Shown here: positions 1-12,547 of the stretch, one piece after another | Numbering within the stretch: position 1 is the stretch's first letter | How the letters are laid out: the number at the start of each line of letters is the position of its first letter | Origin: Balanoglossus misakiensis | Taxonomy: Eukaryota; Animalia; Hemichordata | Length of the DNA stretch: 64,000 nt | NCBI GenBank assembly: GCA_040954595.2 | Contig: CM082596.2 | Location: forward strand, 2,164,999-2,228,998 | Reading direction: 5' to 3' | The notes under the pieces: model-generated | What the model was told of the DNA's origin: nothing | What the model saw: the letters and a program-made list of their open reading frames with translations, nothing else | The model's database searches: none | Translations under genes and position numbers: made by a program

Positions 1-3000
1 TTTGAAAATTAAAAAAGTCGGGAAATTGTGATTTTTTGATGAAATTCATGGGCTATAACCCATGATTTTTGTGAAAAATGGCCAAATTTTGAAAATTAAA
101 AAAGTCGGAAAATTGTGATTTTTTTGATGAATTTCATGGGCTATAACCCATGATTTTTGTGGAAAAATGGCCAAATTTTGAAAATTAAAAAAAGTCGGAA
201 AATTGTGATTTTTTAATGATTTTCATGGGCTATAACCCATGATTTTTGTGAAAAATGGCCAAATTTTGAAAATTAAAAAAGTCGGAAAATTGTGATTTTT
301 TGATGATTTTCATGGGCTATAACCCATGATTTTTGTGAAAAATGGCCAAATTTTGAAAATTAAAAAAGTCGGAAAATTGTGATTTTTTGATGAAAATCAT
401 GGGCTATAACCCATGATTTTTGTGAAAAATGGCCAAATTTTGAAAATTAAAAAAGTCGGGAAATTGTGATTTTTTGATGAAAATCATGGGCTATAACCCA
501 TGATTTTTGTGAAAAATGGCCAAATTTTGAAAATTAAAAAAGTCGGGAAATTGTGATTTTTTGATGAAAATCATGGGCTATAACCCATGATTTTTGTGAA
601 AAATGGCCAAATTTTGAAAATTAAAAAAGTCGGGAAATTGTGATTTTTTGATGAAAATCATGGGCTATAACCCATGATTTTTGTGAAAAATGGCCAAATT
701 TTGAAAATTAAAAAAGTCGGGAAATTGTGATTTTTTGATGAAAATCATGGGCTATAACCCATGATTTTTGTGAAAAATGGCCAAATTTTGAAAATTAAAA
801 AAAGTCGGAAAATTGTGATTTTTTGATGAAAATCATGGGCTATAACCCATGATTTTTGTGAAAAATGGCCAAATTTTGAAAATTAAAAAAGTCGGGAAAA
901 TTGTGATTTTTTGATGAAAATCATGGGCTATAACCCATGATTTTTGTGAAAAATGGCCAAATTTTGAAAATTAAAAAAGTCGGAAAATTGTGATTTTTTG
1001 ATGAAAATCATGGGCTATAACCCATGATTTTTGTGAAAAATGGCCAAATTTTGAAAATTAAAAAAGTCGGGAAATTGTGATTTTTTGATGAAAATCATGG
1101 GCTATAACCCATGATTTTTGTGAAAAATGGCCAAATTTTGAAAATTAAAAAAGTCGGGAAATTGTGATTTTTTGATGAAAATCATGGGCTATAACCCATG
1201 ATTTTTGTGAAAAATGGCCAAATTTTGAAAATTAAAAAAGTCGGGAAATTGTGATTTTTTGATGAAAATCATGGGCTATAACCCATGATTTTTGTGAAAA
1301 ATGGCCAAATTTTGAAAATTAAAAAAGTCGGGAAATTGTGATTTTTTGATGAAAATCATGGGCTATAACCCATGATTTTTGTGAAAAATGGCCAAATTTT
1401 GAAAATTAAAAAAGTCGGGAAATTGTGATTTTTTGATGAAAATCATGGGCTATAACCCATGATTTTTGTGAAAAATGGCCAAATTTTGAAAATAAAAAAG
1501 TCGGGAAATTGTGATTTTTTGATGAAAATCATGGGCTATAACCCATGATTTTTGTGAAAAATGGCCAAATTTTGAAAATTAAAAAAGTCGGGAAATTGTG
1601 ATTTTTTGATGAAAATCATGGGCTATAACCCATGATTTTTGTGAAAAATGGCCAAATTTTGAAAATTAAAAAAGTCGGGAAATTGTGATTTTTTGATGAA
1701 AATCATGGGCTATAACCCATGATTTTTGTGAAAAATGGCCAAATTTTGAAAATTAAAAAAGTCGGGAAATTGTGATTTTTTGATGAAAATCATGGGCTAT
1801 AACCCATGATTTTTGTGAAAAATGGCCAAATTTTGAAAATTAAAAAAGTCGGAAAATTGTGATTTTTTGATGAAAATCATGGGCTATAACCCATGATTTT
1901 TGTGAAAAATGGCCAAATTTTGAAAATTAAAAAAGTCGGGAAATTGTGATTTTTTGATGATTTCATGGGCTATAACCCATGATTTTTGTGAAAAATGGCC
2001 AAATTTTGAAAATTAAAAAAGTCGGAAAATTGTGATTTTTTGATGAAAATCATGGGCTATAACCCATGATTTTTGTGAAAAATGGCCAAATTTTGAAAAT
2101 TAAAAAAGTCGGAAAATTGTGATTTTTTGATGAAAATCATGGGCTATAACCCATGATTTTTGTGAAAAATGGCCAAATTTTGAAAATTAAAAAAGTCGGA
2201 AAATTGTGATTTTTTGATGAAAATCATGGGCTATAACCCATGATTTTTGTGAAAAATGGCCAAATTTTGAAAATTAAAAAAAGTCGGAAAATTGTGATTT
2301 TTTGATGATTTTCATGGGCTATAACCCATGATTTTTGTGAAAAATGGCCAAATTTTGAAAATTAAAAAAGTCGGAAAATTGTGATTTTTTGATGATTTTC
2401 ATGGGCTATAACCCATGATTTTTGTGAAAAATGGCCAAATTTTGAAAATTAAAAAAGTCGGAAAATTGTGATTTTTTGATGAAAATCATGGGCTATAACC
2501 CATGATTTTTGTGAAAAATGGCCAAATTTTGAAAATTAAAAAGTCGGAAAATTGTGATTTTTTGATGAAAATCATGGGCTATAACCCATGATTTTTGTGA
2601 AAAATGGCCAAATTTTGAAAATTAAAAAAGTCGGAAAATTGTGATTTTTTGATGAAAATCATGGGCTATAACCCATGATTTTTGTGAAAAATGGCCAAAT
2701 TTTGAAAATTAAAAAAGTCGGAAAATTGTGATTTTTTGATGAAAATCATGGGCTATAACCCATGATTTTTGTGAAAAATGGCCAAATTTTGAAAATTAAA
2801 AAAGTCGGAAAATTGTGATTTTTTGATGAAAATCATGGGCTATAACCCATGATTTTGTGAAAAATGGCCAAATTTTGAAAATTAAAAAAGTCGGAAAATT
2901 GTGATTTTTTGATGAAAATCATGGGCTATAACCCATGATTTTTGTGAAAAATGGCCAAATTTTGAAAATTAAAAAAGTCGGAAAATTGTGATTTTTTGAT

Positions 3001-6000
3001 GAAAATCATGGGCTATAACCATGATTTTTGTGAAAAATGGCCAAATTTTGAAAATTAAAAAAGTCGGAAAATTGTGATTTTTTGATGATTTTCATGGGCT
3101 ATAACCCATGATTTTTGTGAAAAATGGCCAAATTTTGAAAATTAAAAAAGTCGGAAAATTGTGATTTTTTGATGAAAATCATGGGCTATAACCCATGATT
3201 TTTGTGAAAAATGGCCAAATTTTGAAAATTAAAAAAGTCGGAAAATTGTGATTTTTTGATGAAAATCATGGGCTATAACCCATGATTTTTGTGAAAAATG
3301 GCCAAATTTTGAAAATTAAAAAAGTCGGAAAATTGGTGATTTTTGATGATTTTCATGGGCTATAACCCATGATTTTTGTGAAAAATGGCCAAATTTTGAA
3401 AATTAAAAAAGTCGGGAAATTGTGATTTTTTGATGAAAATCATGGGCTAAACCCATGATTTTTGTGAAAAATGGCCAAATTTTGAAAATTAAAAAAGTCG
3501 GAAAATTGTGATTTTTTGATGATTTTCATGGGCTATAACCCATGATTTTTGTGAAAAATGGCCAAATTTTGAAAATTAAAAAAGTCGGAAAATTGTGATT
3601 TTTGATGATTTTCATGGCTATAACCCATGATTTTTGTGAAAAATGGCCAAATTTTGAAAATTAAAAAAGTCGGAAAATTGTGATTTTTTGATGAAAATCA
3701 TGGGCTATAACCCATGATTTTTGTGAAAAATGGCCAAATTTTGAAAATTAAAAAAGTCGGAAAATTGTGATTTTTTGATGATTTTCATGGGCTATAACCC
3801 ATGATTTTTGTGAAAAATGGCCAAATTTTGAAAATTAAAAAAGTCGGAAAATTGTGATTTTTTTGATGAAAATCATGGGCTATAACCCATGATTTTTGTG
3901 AAAAATGGCCAAATTTTGAAAATTAAAAAGTCGGAAAATTGTGATTTTTTGATGAAAATCATGGGCTATAACCCATGATTTTTGTGAAAAATGGCCAAAT
4001 TTTGAAAATTAAAAAAGTCGGAAAATTGTGATTTTTTTGATGAAAATCATGGGCTATAACCCATGATTTTTGTGAAAAATGGCCAAATTTTGAAAATTAA
4101 AAAAGTCGGAAAATTGTGATTTTTTGAAGATTTTCATGGGCTATAACCCATGATTTTTGTGAAAAATGGCCAAATTTTGAAAATTAAAAAAAGTCGGAAA
4201 ATTGTGATTTTTTGATGAAAATCATGGGCTATAACCCAAGATTTTTGTGAAAAATGGCCAAATTTTGAAAATTAAAAAAGTCGGAAAATTGTGATTTTTT
4301 GATGAAAATCATGGGCTATAACCCATGATTTTTGTGAAAAATGGCCAAATTTTGAAATTAAAAAAGTCGGAAAATTGTGATTTTTTGATGAAAATCATGG
4401 GCTATAACCCATGATTTTGTGAAAAATGGCCAAATTTTGAAAATTAAAAAAGTCGGAAAATTGTGATTTTTTGATGAAAATCATGGGCTATAACCCATGA
4501 TTTTTGTGAAAAATGGCCAAATTTTGAAAATTAAAAAAGTCGGAAAATTGTGATTTTTTGATGAAAATCATGGGCTATAACCCATGATTTTTGTGAAAAT
4601 GGCCAAATTTTGAAAATTAAAAAAGTCGGAAAATTGTGATTTTTTGATGAAAATCATGGGCTATAACCCATGATTTTTGTGAAAAATGGCCAAATTTTGA
4701 AAATTAAAAAAGTCGGAAAATTGTGATTTTTTGAAGATTTTCATGGGCTATAACCCATGATTTTTGTGAAAAATGGCCAAATTTTGAAAATTAAAAAAGT
4801 CGGAAAATTGTGATTTTTTGATGAAAATCATGGGCTATAACCCATGATTTTTGTGAAAAATGGCCAAATTTTGAAAATTAAAAAAGTCGGAAAATTGTGA
4901 TTTTTTGATGAAAATCATGGGCTATAACCCATGATTTTTGTGAAAAATGGCCAAATTTTGAAAATTAAAAAAGTCGGAAAATTGTGATTTTTTGATGAAA
5001 ATCATGGGCTATAACCCATGATTTTTGTGAAAAATGGCCAAATTTTGAAAATTAAAAAAGTCGGAAAATTGTGATTTTTTGATGAAAATCATGGGCTATA
5101 ACCCATGATTTTTGTGAAAAATGGCCAAATTTTGAAAATTAAAAAAGTCGGAAAATTGTGATTTTTTGATGAAAATCATGGGCTATAACCCATGATTTTT
5201 GTGAAAAATGGCCAAATTTTGAAAATTAAAAAAGTCGGAAAATTGTGATTTTTTGATGATTTTCATGGGCTATAACCCATGATTTTTGTGAAAAATGGCC
5301 AAATTTTGAAAATTAAAAAAGTCGGAAAATTGTGATTTTTTGATGAAATCATGGGCTATAACCCATGATTTTTGTGAAAAATGGCCAAATTTTGAAAATT
5401 AAAAAAGTCGGGAAATTGTGATTTTTTGATGAAAATCATGGGCTATAACCCATGATTTTTGTGAAAAATGGCCAAATTTTGAAAATTAAAAAAGTCGGGA
5501 AATTGTGATTTTTTGATGAAAATCATGGGCTATAACCCATGATTTTTGTGAAAAATGGCCAAATTTTGAAAATTAAAAAAGTCGGGAAATTGTGATTTTT
5601 TGATGAAAATCATGGGCTATAACCCATGATTTTTGTGAAAAATGGCCAAATTTTGAAAATTAAAAAAGTCGGAAAATTGTGATTTTTTGATGAAAATCAT
5701 GGGCTATAACCCATGATTTTTGTGAAAAATGGCCAAATTTTGAAAATTAAAAAAGTCGGAAAATTGTGATTTTTTGATGAAAATCATGGGCTATAACCCA
5801 TGATTTTTGTGAAAAATGGCCAAATTTTGAAAATTAAAAAAGTCGGAAAATTGTGATTTTTTGATGATTTTCATGGGCTATAACCCATGATTTTGTGAAA
5901 AATGGCCAAATTTTGAAAATTAAAAAAGTCGGAAAATTGTGATTTTTTGATGAAAATCATGGGCTATAACCCATGATTTTGTGAAAAATGGCCAAATTTT

Positions 6001-8700
6001 GAAAATTAAAAAAGTCGGAAAATTGTGATTTTTTGATGATTTTCATGGGCTATAACCCATGATTTTTGTGAAAAATGGCCAAATTTTGAAAATTAAAAAA
6101 GTCGGAAAATTGTGATTTTTTGATGAAAATCATGGGCTATAACCCATGATTTTTGTGAAAAATGGCCAAATTTTGAAAATTAAAAAAGTCGGAAAATTGT
6201 GATTTTTTGATGAAAATCATGGGCTATAACCCATGATTTTTGTGAAAAATGGCCAAATTTTGAAAATTAAAAAAGTCGGAAAATTGTGATTTTTTGATGA
6301 TTTTCATGGGCTATAACCCATGATTTTGTGAAAAATGGCCAAATTTTGAAAATTAAAAAAGTCGGAAAATTGTGATTTTTTGATGATTTTCATGGGCTAT
6401 AACCCATGATTTTTGTGAAAAATGGCCAAATTTTGAAAATTAAAAAAGTCGGAAAATTGTGATTTTTTGATGAAAATCATGGGCTATAACCCATGATTTT
6501 TGTGAAAAATGGCCAAATTTTGAAATTAAAAAAGTCGGAAAATTGTGATTTTTTGATGAAAATCATGGGCTATAACCCATGATTTTTGTGAAAAATGGCC
6601 AAATTTGAAAATTAAAAAAGTCGGAAAATTGTGATTTTTTGATGATTTTCATGGGCTATAACCCATGATTTTTGTGAAAAATGGCCAAATTTTGAAAATT
6701 AAAAAAGTCGGAAAATTGTGATTTTTTGATGAAAATCATGGGCTATAACCCATGATTTTTGTGAAAAATGGCCAAATTTTGAAAATTAAAAAGTCGGGAA
6801 ATTGTGATTTTTTGATGAAAATCATGGGCTATAACCCATGATTTTTGTGAAAAATGGCCAAATTTTGAAAATTAAAAAAGTCGGGAAATTGTGATTTTTT
6901 GATGAAAATCATGGGCTATAACCCATGATTTTTGTGAAAAAATGGCCAAATTTTGAAAATTAAAAAAGTCGGGAAATTGTGATTTTTTGATGAAAATCAT
7001 GGGCTATAACCCATGATTTTTGTGAAAAATGGCCAAATTTTGAAAATTAAAAAAGTCGGGAAATTGTGATTTTTTGATGAAAATCATGGGCTATAACCCA
7101 TGATTTTTGTGAAAAAATGGCCAAATTTTGAAAATTAAAAAAGTCGGGAAATTGTGATTTTTTGATGAAAATCATGGGCTATAACCCATGATTTTTGTGA
7201 AAAATGGCCAAATTTTGAAAATTAAAAAAGTCGGAAAATTGTGATTTTTTGATGAAAATCATGGGCTATAACCCATGATTTTTGTGAAAAATGGCCAAAT
7301 TTTGAAAATTAAAAAGTCGGAAAATTGTGATTTTTTGATGAAAATCATGGGCTATAACCCATGATTTTTGTGAAAAATGGCCAAATTTTGAAAATTAAAA
7401 AAGTCGGAAAATTGTGATTTTTTGATGAAAATCATGGGCTATAACCCATGATTTTTGTGAAAAATGGCCAAATTTTGAAAATTAAAAAAGTCGGAAATTG
7501 TGATTTTTTGATGAAAATCATGGGCTATAACCCATGATTTTTGTGAAAAATGGCCAAATTTTGAAAATTAAAAAAGTCGGAAAATTGTGATTTTTTGATG
7601 AAAATCATGGGCTATAACCCATGATTTTTGTGAAAAATGGCCAAATTTTGAAAATTAAAAAAGTCGGGAAATTGTGATTTTTTGATGAAAATCATGGGCT
7701 ATAACCCATGATTTTTGTGAAAAATGGCCAAATTTTGAAAATTAAAAAGTCGGAAAATTGTGATTTTTTGATGAAAATCATGGGCTATAACCCATGATTT
7801 TTGTGAAAAATGGCCAAATTTTGAAAATTAAAAAAGTCGGAAAATTGTGATTTTTTGATGAAAATCATGGGCTATAACCCATGATTTTTGTGATAAATGG
7901 CCAAATTTTGAAAATTAAAAAAGTCGGAAAATTGTGATTTTTTGATGAAAATCATGGGCTATAACCCATGATTTTTGTGAAAAATGGCCAAATTTTGAAA
8001 ATTAAAAAAGTCGGAAAATTGTGATTTTTTGATGAAAATCATGGGCTATAACCCATGATTTTTGTGAAAAATGGCCAAATTTTGAAAATTAAAAAAGTCG
8101 GAAAATTGTGATTTTTTGATGAAAATCATGGGCTATAACCCATGATTTTTGTGAAAAATGGCCAAATTTTGAAAATTAAAAAAGTCGGAAAATTGTGATT
8201 TTTTGATGATTTTCATGGGCTATAACCCATGATTTTTGTGAAAAATGGCCAAATTTTGAAAATTAAAAAAGTCGGAAAATTGTGATTTTTTGATGAAAAT
8301 CATGGGGCTATAACCCATGATTTTTGTGAAAAATGGCCAAATTTTTGAAAATTAAAAAAGTCGGAAAATTGTGATTTTTTGATGAAAATCATGGGCTATA
8401 ACCCATGATTTTTGTGAAAAATGGCCAAATTTTGAAAATTAAAAAAGTCGGAAAATTGTGATTTTTTGATGATTTTCATGGGCTATAACCCATGATTTTT
8501 GTGAAAAATGGCCAAATTTTGAAAATTAAAAAAGTCGGAAAATTGTGATTTTTTGATGAAAATCATGGGCTATAACCCATGATTTTTGTGAAAAATGGCC
8601 AAATTTTGAAAATTAAAAAAGTCGGAAAATTGTGATTTTTTGATGATTTTCATGGGCTATAACCCATGATTTTTGTGAAAAATGGCCCAAATTTTGAAAA
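1..8700. repeat. Homogeneous 87-bp AT-rich satellite array (~100 copies, runs off the left edge of the window)
   Basis: Consensus TTTGAAAATTAAAAAAGTCGGAAAATTGTGATTTTTTGATGAAAATCATGGGCTATAACCCATGATTTTTGTGAAAAATGGCCAAAT. AACCCATGAT recurs at 321, 408 and 495 (period 87). Main variants are GTCGGG/GTCGGA and GAAAATCATG/GATTTTCATG, plus 1-bp homopolymer indels. Confidence 0.98.
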
Positions 8701-9840
8701 TCCGCAAAGTCGAAAAATCCTCGATTTTTGACGATTTTCCTGAGCTATAACCCATGATTTTTATGAAAAAATCACCAAATTTCGAAAATCCGCAAAGTCG
8801 AAAAATCCTCGATTTTTGACGATTTTCCTGGGCTATAACCCATGATTTTTATGAAAAAATCACCAAATTTCGAAAATCCGCAAAGACGAAAAATCCTCGA
8901 TTTTTGACGATTTCCTGAGCTATAACCCATGATTTTTATGAAAAAATCACCAAATTTCGAAAATCCGCAAAGTCGAAAAATCCTCGATTTTTGACGATTT
9001 TCCTGAGCTATAACCCATGATTTTTATGAAAAAATCACCAAATTTCGAAAATCCGCAAAGTCGAAAAATCCTCGATTTTTGACGATTTTCCTGAGCTATA
9101 ACCCATGATTTTTATGAAAAAATCACCAAATTTCGAAAATCCGCAAAGTCGAAAAATCCTCGATTTTTGACGATTTTCCTGAGCTATAACCCATGATTTT
9201 TATGAAAAAATCACCAAATTTCGAAAATCCGCAAAGTCGAAAAATCCTCGATTTTTGACGATTTTCCTGAGCTATAACCCATGATTTTTATGAAAAAATC
9301 ACCAAATTTCGAAAATACGCAAAGTCGAAAAATCCTCGATTTTTGACGATTTTCCTGAGCTATAACCCATGATTTTTATGAAAAAATCACCAAATTTCGA
9401 AAATCCGCAAAGTCGAAAAATCCTCGATTTTTGACGATTTTCCTGAGCTATAACCCATGATTTTTATGAAAAAATCACCAAATTTCGAAAATCCGCAAAG
9501 TCGAAATATCCTCGATTTTTGACGATTTTCCTGAGCTATAACCCATGATTTTTTCAAAAAATCACCAAATTTCGAAAATCCGCAAAGTCGAAAAATCCTC
9601 GATTTTTGACGATTTTCCTGAGCTATAACCCATGATTTTTTCAAAAAATCACCAAATTTCGAAAATCCGCAAAGTCGAAAAATCCTCGATTTTTGACGAT
9701 TTTCCTGAGCTATAACCCATGATTTTTTTCAAAAAATGACCAAATTTCGAAAATCCGCAAAGTCGAAAAATCCTCGATTTTTGACGATTTTCCTGAGCTA
9801 TAACCCATGGTTTTTATGAAAAAATCACCAAATTTCGAAA
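8701..9840. repeat. Related 88-bp satellite subfamily (~13 copies)
   Basis: Unit GAGCTATAACCCATGATTTTTATGAAAAAATCACCAAATTTCGAAAATCCGCAAAGTCGAAAAATCCTCGATTTTTGACGATTTTCCT. GAGCTATAAC recurs at 9181 and 9269. It shares the GCTATAACCCATG core with the 87-bp unit and switches abruptly near 8700. Confidence 0.95.
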
Positions 9841-11630
9841 ATTCGCGAAGTCGAAAAATTGACATTTCTGGGTGATTTTCATGAGCTATAACCCATGGTT
9901 TTTATGAAAAAATCACCAAATTTTGAAAATACGCCAAGTCAAAAAATTGACATTTCTGGATGATTTTCATGAGCTATAACCCATGGTTTTTATGAAAAAA
10001 TGAAGAAACTTTGAAAATTCGCCAAAAGCACCGTCGAAATTTGACTCAAGGAGGTGCGTGCTATTTGTCATTTTTAGACAATTTTCATGAGCTGTAACCC
10101 ATGAAATATATCCCCAAAAATAAAATCACCAAAATCACTGCTAACTTGGAAATTGTACATACATGTATACATTTCACCCTATGTGAAAAGTGACAACAAA
10201 AAGATCAAAACTCAATTTGAAAGACAGTGGCAGGTTTTGAACCCCAGTCCTCCAATCATTAGTCCAAAACCTTACACACAGACCCAAGGTGACTGACGAA
10301 GGATATGACCCAAAAAGTATTATATGATGATCAAACTCGTGAAATTTAAAAAAAAATAAGTATGGCTCGGTCTCATTATAGTCAGTACTGTTAAAACTAA
10401 CGATAATGAGACCGAGCCTAATTTCGAGCCATAATTTCCACCGCATTTTTTTTAAATTGAAGAAATTTTGAAAAGTCGAAAAATCGTCGTTTTTTGAAGA
10501 TTTTCATGAGCTATAACCCATTATTTTTTTCAAAAAATGAAGCAATTTTGAAAATTCGTAAAGTCGAAAAATGGTCGTTTTTTGAAGATTTTCATGAGCC
10601 ATAACCCATGCTTTTTTTCAAAAAATGAAGCAATTTTGAAAATTCGCAAAGTCGAAAAACGGTCGTTTTTTGATGATTTTCATGAGCCATAACCCATGAT
10701 TTTTTTCAAAAAATGAAGAAATTTTGAAAATTCGCCAAAAGCACCGTCGAAATTTGACTCAAGGAGGTGCGTGCTATTTATCATTTTTAGACAATTTTCA
10801 GAGCTGTAACCCATGAAATATATCCCAAAAAATAAAATCACCAAAATCACTGCTAACTTGGAACTTGTACATACATGTATACATTTCACCCTATGTGAAA
10901 AGTGACAGCAAAAAGATCAAAACTCAATTAGAAAGACAGTGGCAGGTTTTGAACCCCAGTCCTCCAATCATTAGTCCAAAACCTTACCCACAGACCCAAG
11001 GTGACTGACGAAGGATATGACACAAAAAGTATTATATGATGATCAAACTTGTGAAATTTAAAAAAAAATAAGTATGGCTCGGTCTCATTATAGTCAGTAC
11101 TGTTAAAACTAACTATAATGAGATCGAGCCTAATTTCGAGCCATAATTTCCACCGCATTTTTTTTAAATTGAAGAAATTTTGAAAAGTCGAAAAATCGTC
11201 GTTTTTTGAAGATTTTCATGAGCTATAACCCATTATTTTTTTCAAAAAATGAAGCAATTTTGAAAATTCGTAAAGTCGAAAAATGGTCGTTTTTTGAAGA
11301 TTTTCATTGAGCTAAAACCCATGATTTTTTTCAAAAAATGAAATTTTGAAAATTCGCAAAGTCAAAAAATCGTCATTTTTGGATGATTTTCATGAGCTAT
11401 AACCCATGATTTTTTTTCAAAAAATGAAGAAATTTTGAAAAGTCGAAAAACTGCCATTTTTTGATGATTTTCATGAGCTATAACCCATGAAAATTTGAAA
11501 AAATGATGAAATTTGAACATTCCGCCAATAAGAAAAATGGTTAGTTTTTGATGATCTTCATGAGCTATAACCTATGCAAATTTGAAAATCATTAAAAACT
11601 CACAATTTTTCTATTTGGCGAAATTTGGAA
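9841..11630. repeat. Degenerate satellite monomers interleaved with a ~713-bp direct duplication containing a non-satellite insert
   Basis: CCGTCGAAATTTGACTCAAG occurs at 10031 and 10744. The non-satellite block at ~10140-10450 is repeated at ~10853-11160. Diverged CATGAGCTATAACCCATG monomers continue to ~11600. Confidence 0.9.
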
Positions 11631-12547
11631 ACTTTGTTATATATTAGCGAGTGCAGCACGAGCGGCCTTGCGTAGCGAGCACTTTAGATAGCGTGTGTAA
11701 GATAATGGGAAATAGAATGTATATCTCTATATACCTACGAGTTTGAAAAGTGCGTCCTGTATCTATGGGGGCATCCATTAATTTTGATCAATTCCTTAAA
11801 ACATAAAACCAGTGTAGTTATTCATCACAAATGCTACTCAGAAATGTACAGCGACCACAAGACCATCAAAGACGGTGGAAAATTAAGTTGGAATATAGCT
11901 GCACGCAGCAATAGCGGGCCCAAGCCAATGATGAATAAGATTTTTTAATACCAGATAATTGCATCAAACTCACAGGACGGTCCGTTATTGCGTTAAGAAT
12001 TCATGAAACAATACACTGTGGCGTAGAACTAGGCCAATTTTTAGTTTATTTCACTGTACTTCAGGCCTATATATTCCAATCTGATTAAAATCAGTTGCCA
12101 CGTCAATAATGTTACTTGAAAATTTTACTTTAATTTTACTTAAACTAAGAATACAGGAAGGTAGGAGTATTTAATCGATTAAAAAATACCAAAAGTAGCA
12201 GTTTTATTAACATCAGAAGCAATATCTGACGAGGAAGTTATATTTCACCGAGCGCATCCTCTTATCAGTTCTTATCAACAGGGCGTTCAGCGAGCACAGG
12301 AATGCATATGAACTCTGATACCAAAACCATACTTATACGCGTCGCACCCTTTTTACAATTTAGGGTGTTGGCGTACCGACCGATGACCAGCCCTGAGAGC
12401 AGTCACACTGTTGTCCAAGGATAGCCCTTTCAGACTTTGTTTAGGAGAACAATTTCTCTTTTAAGTTGCGTCTAATGTTTCGTGGATATTCTGCAAACTG
12501 TCGGTGACGTAGAAGCAGATTCGTGGTCGAGACAAGTTGACGAAAAG

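Noticed and set aside
1-9840. Regularly spaced palindromic repeats resembling a CRISPR array
   Set aside because: The sequence between palindromes is identical from unit to unit (no unique spacers), there are no cas genes, and the context is eukaryotic. It is satellite DNA.
9387-11158. Minus-strand ORFs 9387-9644, 10174-10446, 10680-10889 and 10928-11158
   Set aside because: Translations of the satellite and its duplicated insert, with no recognisable domain or splice structure.
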